Shown one piece after another: positions 9,190 through 15,923 of a stretch of DNA of 64,000 bases. Source of the stretch: a bacterium (GTDB lineage: Bacteria > Myxococcota_A > UBA9160 > UBA6930); assembly GCA_024226235.1 (NCBI GenBank), contig JAAELW010000238.1, positions 3,046 to 67,045 on the forward strand. The letters run 5' to 3'. Each line of letters begins with the position of its first letter. Position 1 is the first letter of the stretch. The notes below the pieces were generated by a model, which was not told the DNA's origin, searched no databases, and saw nothing but the letters and a program-made list of their open reading frames with translations. Made by a program: the position numbers and the translations under genes.

Positions 9190-9894
9190 TCAATTTGCCA
9201 GGGTCGGTGCGCCGGCCGAGCGAAGATGCTCGTACTCCGGCGGCGGGCCGACCCGGAGATCCTCACGCAGCTGCTCGAGCGGTTGCTGCAGGAGCGCTTC
9301 CCAATCCTGATCGATCAGCCATTCGGCGCGACGCCCCCGCCAGTACCCCTGGCGGATCACCCTGCCCATTTCGGAGCGCCAGCCCGCCCCACGCAGAACG
9401 CGTAGCGCCAGATAGCCGATACCGGTGTTCTTCGTCTGCGAGTAGGTGAAGGCGAGACACGCGACCTCTCCCCTCACATCACGTCCGTAGCCGGTCAGGA
9501 CGTGGAAGACATCGTGCAACTCGCGCAGACGTCGTGCGAAGCGCGTTCGATCATCGTCTCCCCCAAAGTAGCCATCCTCGCCTGCAGCGGTCTCGCTCGC
9601 GGCCTTCAGGCCTTGCGCGCTGAGCTCCTCGCTGGTGTAGAAGGCCCAGATGGCCCGGCCCAGCGAGCCTTCGGGCATGGCCCTGAGGTCATCGAGATTC
9701 GAAAGGATGTCGTAGAGTTCGCGCTTCTCGCGCAGGATCCGCTGGCCGCCACTGGACCGTGCGAAGCGATTGAAGCAGCGTTCCCCTGAATTGCCCGACA
9801 TCGCCCCGATCACCCGAATGGCCTGTGCTGTGTCATCGGGATTGGCGCTGAGCGCCATCATCGCACGCTGTGCTTCACGAAGTTGGAATGCCAT
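9190..9894 (-). CDS. coq4: Coq4-family protein (ubiquinone-biosynthesis COQ4 homolog)
   Basis: Carries the COQ4 zinc-ligand signature HDxxH-x11-E: LHDVFHVLTGYGRDVRGE. Length is about 234 aa from MAFQLREAQ. Confidence 0.75.
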   Translation of the reverse strand: MAFQLREAQRAMMALSANPDDTAQAIRVIGAMSGNSGERCFNRFARSSGGQRILREKRELYDILSNLDDLRAMPEGSLGRAIWAFYTSEELSAQGLKAASETAAGEDGYFGGDDDRTRFARRLRELHDVFHVLTGYGRDVRGEVACLAFTYSQTKNTGIGYLALRVLRGAGWRSEMGRVIRQGYWRGRRAEWLIDQDWEALLQQPLEQLREDLRVGPPPEYEHLRSAGAPTLAN

Positions 9895-10105
9895 GGGTTC
9901 GTTCTCTCGGGGAAACGGTTCGAGCGAGTTCCGTGGGGTTGTTCTCTCAGACGCGCTGGGCTGGAGCATTGCCCACTGCGGTTGATGACATTCTGGACCG
10001 TGGAAGTCGCAAACGCAACGCCTGAGGCACGGAGCCGCTGCTCCCCTCGACCAGGCTGTTGATCAACGTCTATTCTCGCGGAGCCATCTGGGTAAAGGGA
10101 GGGAA

Positions 10106-12040
10106 ATGTCACTGCTCCAAAGCCGCCTGGGCCGGGTTCGGCTTGCGCTGGCCGGGCTGCTTGGCGGCCTGGTGGTGCTCCTGGTCCGCAGCGAGAACCC
10201 ATGGACCGCGGGGGTCGCGCGCGCGCTGGAACAGGGCAGTAGCCCGAGGTCCGTCGACTACTGGGCCAGCCATGGCTGGGCCTTCGGAGTCGCCGATGCT
10301 GTGCTGTTGGCAGTGCTGATCCTGTGGGCAAACCACTGGTTGGGGCCGCGCGAGGTGCCGCGGGTGGGCCGCCTGACGCCACGCGAGATGCCCCGCGTGG
10401 CCGGCCTGACGCCACGTTCTTCGAGCAGAGCAGTGATCGGGCTCGTGGCGGCGGCCATGCTGGTGGGCGGAAGCCTCGGCGCGACGCGGCTCTCCTTCGG
10501 CCTGTGGGACGACGAGGTCTACAACGTCTACCGCTCGATCCACGGTGGCTGGGGTCTCGACAGGAAGAGCGGTGAGTACAAGTACCGCAAGGTGCGGTGG
10601 GCCAACACCCTCTGGTACTACAGGATCCCGAATAACCACGTCTTTCATTCCATCCTGGCGCGCGTCGCCTCGGAGATCCCCGAGAAGAGACAAGACCGGT
10701 TGGTGAACGAGGTGGCTGTGCGGATGCCGGCCTTCCTCGCGGGGATCCTGTCGATCGGAGCCATCGCCTGGTTCCTGTGGCGGATGGGCTTCCCCGGGGC
10801 GGGGGTCTTCGCGGCCTGGCTGCTCGCGCTGAACCCATGGGCGCTGCGCTACATCGCCGAGGCGCGGGGCTACTCGCTCGCGATGCTGCTCGTAAGCCTC
10901 ACCTTCGTGGCGGCCATCTCGGCGCTTCATCATGGGCTGTGGCGCAGGTGGCTGTGCTTCGGCCTCGTGCAGTTCCTGCTGCTCTGGAACCTTCCTTCGA
11001 TCCTCTGGATCGTGGTCGTTCTGAATCTCGCCCTTCCCGTGTCGATCTGGCACTTCAATGCGGAGCCCGAACCCCGCCGGGCATTCCTGACGCGGTGGGC
11101 GGCAGCAAATCTGATGGGGGCGATGCTGTGGCTGCCGCTGATGGCCCCGAACGTCGCGCAGCTCTTCGCCTACTTGGCCCGCAACGCGGGCAACTGGGTG
11201 GGTCCGGGCTGGCCGGCCAGGATTGCCAGCCATCTGATCGCGGGCATGGACTGGAAGCACGGCGGCTCTCCTGTCTATCCGGAGCTTTCGGCGGGTTTCG
11301 CGGCCCATCCGCTGCTCGCCGGAGCGACCTTCGCGGTGGCAGCCCTGGCGGTCGCGCTGGGCGTGGCACGACTGTGGCGGGCGGGCGGCATCGCCCGGCA
11401 CCTCTCGTGGGCCCTGTGGCTTCCGTTGCTCCTTACCTATCTGCAGCTGAGTTTGGGCCACGACCGCACGTACATCTGGTACTTCGTGATCTTCCTGCCC
11501 GGAATCCTTGCGCTGGCGGGTCTGGGCGCGGCCTGGCTGGCGGAGAGCGCCCGCACGCGACCTCGCTGGCTGGCGGGGGTCGGGGTCTGCCTGGCCTTCT
11601 TCGCTGCGTACACCTGGCTGGGCTCCCCCGCACGCGAGGCGCTTCGAGCCCGCCCGTACTATCCGACCCGCGATGCGGTTCTGCTGACCCGGCCGAACCT
11701 CGATCCGCTCTCCCCCGAAAACCAGCGCATCCTGACGGCCTCCTGGGCGGCCGGGCCGGTCTACTACGACCCGCGGATCCGTTACGTGTTGGAGCCCGGC
11801 CTGCTCCAGCAAGTGATGGATGAGGCCGACGCCACGGGCTTCCCCCTCTACATCAACCTCGGCGTGTATGGTCACGCGGCAGAGCGGTCGCCAGAGAACC
11901 TCGCGATCGTCGAAGATCCGAATCGCTTCGAGAAGGTCGATGTCCTGCCGGGCTTCATTCCCGCCCGAACCCGATATGTCTACCGGTACCTGGGTTCAGA
12001 GGTGGTGTCCGGCCCCACGGTGTCCGTGCCGAGCCCCTGA
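10106..12040 (+). CDS. Polytopic membrane protein, GT-C-type (ArnT/PMT-like) glycosyltransferase candidate
   Basis: Many hydrophobic helices. An acidic motif FGLWDDEVYNVY sits in an early loop, as in GT-C glycosyltransferases, and there is a soluble C-terminal domain. I recognise no closer family. Confidence 0.55.
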   Translation: MSLLQSRLGRVRLALAGLLGGLVVLLVRSENPWTAGVARALEQGSSPRSVDYWASHGWAFGVADAVLLAVLILWANHWLGPREVPRVGRLTPREMPRVAGLTPRSSSRAVIGLVAAAMLVGGSLGATRLSFGLWDDEVYNVYRSIHGGWGLDRKSGEYKYRKVRWANTLWYYRIPNNHVFHSILARVASEIPEKRQDRLVNEVAVRMPAFLAGILSIGAIAWFLWRMGFPGAGVFAAWLLALNPWALRYIAEARGYSLAMLLVSLTFVAAISALHHGLWRRWLCFGLVQFLLLWNLPSILWIVVVLNLALPVSIWHFNAEPEPRRAFLTRWAAANLMGAMLWLPLMAPNVAQLFAYLARNAGNWVGPGWPARIASHLIAGMDWKHGGSPVYPELSAGFAAHPLLAGATFAVAALAVALGVARLWRAGGIARHLSWALWLPLLLTYLQLSLGHDRTYIWYFVIFLPGILALAGLGAAWLAESARTRPRWLAGVGVCLAFFAAYTWLGSPAREALRARPYYPTRDAVLLTRPNLDPLSPENQRILTASWAAGPVYYDPRIRYVLEPGLLQQVMDEADATGFPLYINLGVYGHAAERSPENLAIVEDPNRFEKVDVLPGFIPARTRYVYRYLGSEVVSGPTVSVPSP

Positions 12041-12153
12041 CGATTCCTCTGCGGACTCGGCCGGTGCGATGGCGTATCATCGGCCGGCGGCACGGTCCGG
12101 AGGGATCGCGCTGCTCGAAGCATCAGCCACAACGCATTCCCGGAGAGAACTGA

Positions 12154-13344
12154 ATGGATTTCGAGCTTTCAGACAAGGCCAAGGCGGTAGAAGAGCAGCT
12201 TTGCCGGTTCATGGACGAGTACGTCTACCCCGCGGAGCGCGAATATGCCGAGCAGGCCGAGGCGAAACCCAACGAAGAGCCGGGCATCATGCTCGAGCTT
12301 CGCGCGAAGGCGAAGGAGATCGGGCTCTGGAACCTCTTCCTACCCGACGATGATTGGGGCGCGGGGCTCACGAACCTCGAATACACGCCGCTCTGCGAGA
12401 TCATGGGCCGCAGCGGCATCGCTTCCCGCGTCTTCAACTGCCAGGCACCGGATACGGGAAACGCCGAGATCCTGGCGGAATTCGGAACGCCGGAGCAGAA
12501 GGAGAAATGGCTCCAACCGCTGCTCGACGGAGAGATCCGGTCCTGCTTCTCGATGACAGAGCCGGAGGTTTCGGGGGCAGATCCGACCAAGCTGCAAGCC
12601 CGCGCGGTGAGCGACGGCGACGACTACGTGATCAATGGTCACAAGTGGTTCACCTCGGGCGCGATCGGCGCTGCCTTCGCCATCGCGATGGTCGTGACCG
12701 ATCGCGACGCCGCTCCCCACGAACGCATGAGTCAGATCCTGGTTCCGACCGACAATCCGGGCTTCGACATCATCCGGCCGGTTTCGGTCATGGGGCACAG
12801 CGGGGGCGGAGGGCATTGCGAGGTCCGCTACGAGGACTGCCGCGTGCCTGCGACCAATGTACTGGGGCCCGTGGGCTCGGGGTTCATGATCGCCCAGGCG
12901 CGGCTCGGCCCCGGGCGCATCCATCACTGCATGCGGGCAATCGGCATGGCGGAGCGCGGTTTCGAGATCATGTGCCGAAATGCCAACAGTCGAGAGGTTT
13001 CGGGTGGCCTGCTGCGCGACAAGCAGTTCATCCAGGAATTCGTGGCAACCTCCCGGATGGAGATCGATCAGGCGCGTCTGCTGACTCTGCATGCCGCTCA
13101 CAAGATGGACAAATACGGAAAGAAGCAGGCCCGGCAGGAGATCTCGATGATCAAGGTCGTGGTCCCGAACATGGTCATGACCGTCCTCGATCGCGTGATC
13201 CAGAGCCTGGGCGCACTCGGGGTTTCGGACGACACGCCGGTGGCGGCCATGTGGCGAAACGGACGAATGCTGCGCATCGCGGATGGCCCGGACGAGGTTC
13301 ACAAGATGGTGATCGCCAGGCGCGAGCTCAAGCGCTTCGCGTAG
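12154..13344 (+). CDS. Acyl-CoA dehydrogenase (FadE2/ACAD10-11-like)
   Basis: LWNLFLPDDDWGAGLTNLEYTPLCEIMG...CFSMTEPEVSGADPT...INGHKWFTSGA...RIADGPDEVH. Confidence 0.92.
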   Translation: MDFELSDKAKAVEEQLCRFMDEYVYPAEREYAEQAEAKPNEEPGIMLELRAKAKEIGLWNLFLPDDDWGAGLTNLEYTPLCEIMGRSGIASRVFNCQAPDTGNAEILAEFGTPEQKEKWLQPLLDGEIRSCFSMTEPEVSGADPTKLQARAVSDGDDYVINGHKWFTSGAIGAAFAIAMVVTDRDAAPHERMSQILVPTDNPGFDIIRPVSVMGHSGGGGHCEVRYEDCRVPATNVLGPVGSGFMIAQARLGPGRIHHCMRAIGMAERGFEIMCRNANSREVSGGLLRDKQFIQEFVATSRMEIDQARLLTLHAAHKMDKYGKKQARQEISMIKVVVPNMVMTVLDRVIQSLGALGVSDDTPVAAMWRNGRMLRIADGPDEVHKMVIARRELKRFA

Positions 13345-13380
13345 AGTGCTTCCGGGGGGAGCGCAATCGAGGAGAATCCG

Positions 13381-14076
13381 ATGGCAGACGACGGGACCCG
13401 GAACATGATCGAGGGCATGCTCGCCCAGCTCGAAAAGGAGAAGATGGCGGGCCTCTCGATCGACGATCTCCGAGATGCGATGATGGCGCCCGGTGCAGCC
13501 GAGTCCGTGGCGGAGCTGATGCCGATCGAAGCGGCGTCGGTGCAGCAGGGTGAACCGGCGCCGGATTTCGATCTGGCGTGGCTTCCAGGCAGTGGTCCCG
13601 AAGGAGAAACGCTTCGGCTCTCCTCCCATTTCGGCGACCGACCGGTGGCACTCGTATTCGGCAGTTACACCTGACCGCCTTTCCGGGCCCAGGCTGGGTC
13701 CATCAACCGCATCTACCGCCGCTTCAGGGATCAAGTCGCCTTCTACGTCGTCTACATCAAGGAGATCCATCCGACCGACGGCTGGCAGGTGAAGGAGAAC
13801 GAGCAGGACGCGGTGCTCTTTACACAACATCAGTCGATGGAAGAGCGCGTAGAAGTTGGCGAGGCCTGCATGTTGAAGCTCGCGCTGGAGCCTCCGGCTG
13901 TGGTCGATGAAATGGACGATGCCGTTGCGCGGAACTATGCGGCCGTGCCGGAGCGGCTCTACCTGATCGGCGCCGACGGTCGTGTGGCCTACAAGGGCGG
14001 CATGGGTCCGATGTTCTTCCGGCCCGATGAGTGGGAGGCCGCGATCGAGAGCCACATCGAGAGCACTGGCAAGTAG
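13381..14076 (+). CDS. Deiodinase-like thioredoxin-fold selenoprotein (in-frame UGA = Sec at 13672-13674), soluble form
   Basis: ORFs 13381-13674 and 13789-14076 share one frame, and TGA is the only stop between them. The joined protein reads ...RPVALVFGSYT-U-PPFRAQAGSINRIYRRFRDQVAFYVVYIKEIHPTDGWQ...RLYLIGADGRVAYKGGMGPMFF..., collinear with the iodothyronine deiodinase core. GAGGAG RBS lies before the ATG. Confidence 0.85.
13672..13674 (+). other. Predicted selenocysteine (UGA) recoding site
   Basis: TGA sits between GSYT and PPF, at the position of the catalytic Sec in deiodinases. Confidence 0.8.
13685..13701 (+). promoter_or_regulatory. Candidate bacterial SECIS-like hairpin
   Basis: GGGCCC-AGGCU-GGGUCC forms a 6-bp stem (one G:U pair) with a 5-nt loop containing GG. 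It starts 11 nt after the UGA. Confidence 0.4.
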
Positions 14077-14083
14077 CCCGCTC

Positions 14084-15127
14084 CTATAGCTGCGAAAGGT
14101 AGGCCTCCATCACGGGCTCGAGGTGGTCGGGGTTGAAGCCGAACGGGCCGATTCCCGGGTTGTAGATCACGCGGCCTTCCAGATCGATGAAGTAGATTCG
14201 AGTGGGCCGTGCCGTGTAGAGCGTGGCCACGCGGTTGTCCATCGCATCGACGTAGAGCGGGACGACGCCCTCGAACAGGTTGGCCTGGCAGCTTGCGGCC
14301 ACCCGTTGCCGCTGGGCCAGAGTCACCGGTTCCTTGATGTCGGTACGCGCGCGCTGGCCCGTGAGATCGTTCACGAGCCGCTGGGTACGTGAGCGGCCGA
14401 GCCACCAGCGATCGGTGGGATGGGCTTCCTTGATGTAGACGACGATGAACTCGACCCGATCGTGATACCGCTCGTAGAGGTCTTTGAGACGCACGGTCCC
14501 ATTGCTGAAGGGCGGTCACGTGTAACTGCCAAAGACCAGCGCAACGGGGAGCCTGCCCCGGAAGTCAGAGAGCCGGACCTGGGCGTTTCCCTCCGGGTCT
14601 AGGAGTTCGAAATCCGGTGCCAGATCGCCGGCCTTGGGAGATTTCACATCCTGGGCGAGCTGCCACGTGATCTCTTCATTGCGCCACTCGGCGGCCTGAA
14701 CCAGCAGATCCGTTCCGAGCGTCAGATTGTCCTCGCCCTCCCAGACCATGAAGAAGGACACCACCGCCGCGATCGCGACCGCACCCCCTCGGACGAAGCG
14801 ACCCGGGGAGCGCCGGTTTTCGGAGAGCCCACGTGCGACGTGGAGGAGCAACGCGAATGCTCCAAGCCCGGCCACCAGCGAGACCATCATCGGGGCACCC
14901 CACATCAGGGGCGCCAGCAGGAGAAGGCCCAGCAGCAACCGCAACGCACCGGCTCGGTGGTGCAAGAACAAGCCATGCGCACCGCTGGCAAGCAGGTAGC
15001 AGGAGAGGGCCGCGTGGAAGAAGGCGATCGCTGCGTGGAGGCCATAGACGAGCACGGTCCACAGCAGGTTGGTGGTGTCGACGACGGTTTCATAGCTGGG
15101 GTCCATCGGAGCCTCCACGCCGGGCAT
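14084..15127 (-). CDS. Membrane-anchored deiodinase-like thioredoxin-fold selenoprotein (in-frame UGA = Sec at 14516-14518)
   Basis: ORFs 14516-15127 and 14084-14494 share one frame with no other stop. The N-terminus has about four hydrophobic helices. It continues ...DLAPDFELLDPEGNAQVRLSDFRGRLPVALVFGSYT-U-PPFSNGTVRLKDLYERYHDRVEFIVVYIKEAHPTDRW...IYFIDLEGRVIYNPGIGPFGF. Confidence 0.85.
14485..14501 (-). promoter_or_regulatory. Candidate bacterial SECIS-like hairpin
   Basis: Minus-strand UGGGAC-CGUGC-GUCUCA forms a 6-bp stem (one G:U pair) with a 5-nt loop. It starts 15 nt after the UGA. Confidence 0.35.
14516..14518 (-). other. Predicted selenocysteine (UGA) recoding site
   Basis: Plus-strand tca is TGA on the minus strand, in the same GSYT-U-PPF context as the paralog. 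Confidence 0.8.
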
Positions 15128-15192
15128 GTGTGCCTGGCAACCCTAGCCGAGGCTGTTTGCCGCTGAAGACCGTGCGGACTAGAGTCGAATTT

Positions 15193-15204
15193 GTGAATGT
15201 GAAT
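15193..15204. promoter_or_regulatory. AT-rich GTGAAT-GTGAAT direct repeat in a divergent promoter region (possible operator)
   Basis: tcgaatttGTGAATGTGAATtccgga is an unusually AT-rich island. It lies in the 97-bp gap between the minus-strand selenoprotein gene and the TetR gene. Confidence 0.2.
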
Positions 15205-15224
15205 TCCGGATCCTATTTGCTCGG

Positions 15225-15902
15225 ATGCTTCGAGTGAGGACCCATACGCCCCGGATCGACGATCTCCGGTGGGCAAAGCCGGCCCATCAAGCCCGCAGCC
15301 AGCGCACCCTCGAGCTCCTGCTCGACGCGGCTGAGGCCGAGATCCGTGAGAAGGGCTACGCAGATGCGTCGGTCGCGGAGATCGCGCGTCGCGCGGGGTG
15401 CTCGGTCGGGACCGTCTACCGGCGGTTTCGCGACAAGACCGCGCTGCTCCACGCCCTCGACGAACGCTGGGGGGCGGCGTTCCGTGCCACGATGGAGGAT
15501 GCGGTCGCGCCCGAGCGCTGGCAGGGCGCTCCCATTCTCGAAGTGTTGACCGGCTACATCGCGTTCACACTCAACGAGGGTCACGAGCGTGCCGCACTGC
15601 AGCGCGCCGCGATCACGATGGCCTCGCGTGACGCCAGCTTTGCGGAGCGGCAGATGAAGCTCGCTTCCGAGCTTCATGCGGGACTGCGCGCACTACTCAC
15701 CGCGCGGATCGACGAGATCGGCCACGCCGATCCTCCGCTTGCGATCGAATTCGCACTCGAGCAGTTGAGAGCCATGCTGATGCTTCGTCTGGCTACGCTT
15801 CCGCTCGAAGCGACACTGTTTGGCAATAGTGATGAGCAGTTCATCGATCAGGCCTTGACCAGTATCGCGGCCTATCTGAAGCTCGAACCGCTATCCGCAT
15901 AG
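15225..15902 (+). CDS. TetR/AcrR family transcriptional regulator
   Basis: HTH region: TLELLLDAAEAEIREKGYADASVAEIARRAGCSVGTVYRRFRDKTALLHAL. The gene ends 21 nt before the molybdoenzyme alpha gene. Confidence 0.9.
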   Translation: MLRVRTHTPRIDDLRWAKPAHQARSQRTLELLLDAAEAEIREKGYADASVAEIARRAGCSVGTVYRRFRDKTALLHALDERWGAAFRATMEDAVAPERWQGAPILEVLTGYIAFTLNEGHERAALQRAAITMASRDASFAERQMKLASELHAGLRALLTARIDEIGHADPPLAIEFALEQLRAMLMLRLATLPLEATLFGNSDEQFIDQALTSIAAYLKLEPLSA

Positions 15903-15923
15903 CATCTGCTCAGGAGGGGAACC

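Noticed and set aside
10109-11875. A 588-aa ORF antisense to the GT-C-like membrane protein gene. Similar long antisense or overlapping ORFs occur at 5632-7266, 12340-14055, 17304-18836, 18815-20044, 21568-22710, 42239-43564, 47207-48283, 60609-61346 and 62450-63619.
   Set aside because: Their translations are Arg/Pro/Gly/Ala-rich low-complexity strings with no recognisable motifs. Each lies opposite a gene with strong family signatures. This is the usual artefact of long stop-free antisense frames in GC-rich DNA.
13381-14076. Treating 13381-13674 and 13789-14076 (and likewise 14516-15127 and 14084-14494) as separate small genes or as nonsense-mutated pseudogenes.
   Set aside because: In each case the two ORFs share a frame and TGA is the only stop between them. 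The TGA falls at the conserved Sec/Cys catalytic position of the deiodinase motif in two independent paralogs. Homology continues uninterrupted across the codon, and each is followed by a hairpin. Sec recoding is the simpler explanation.
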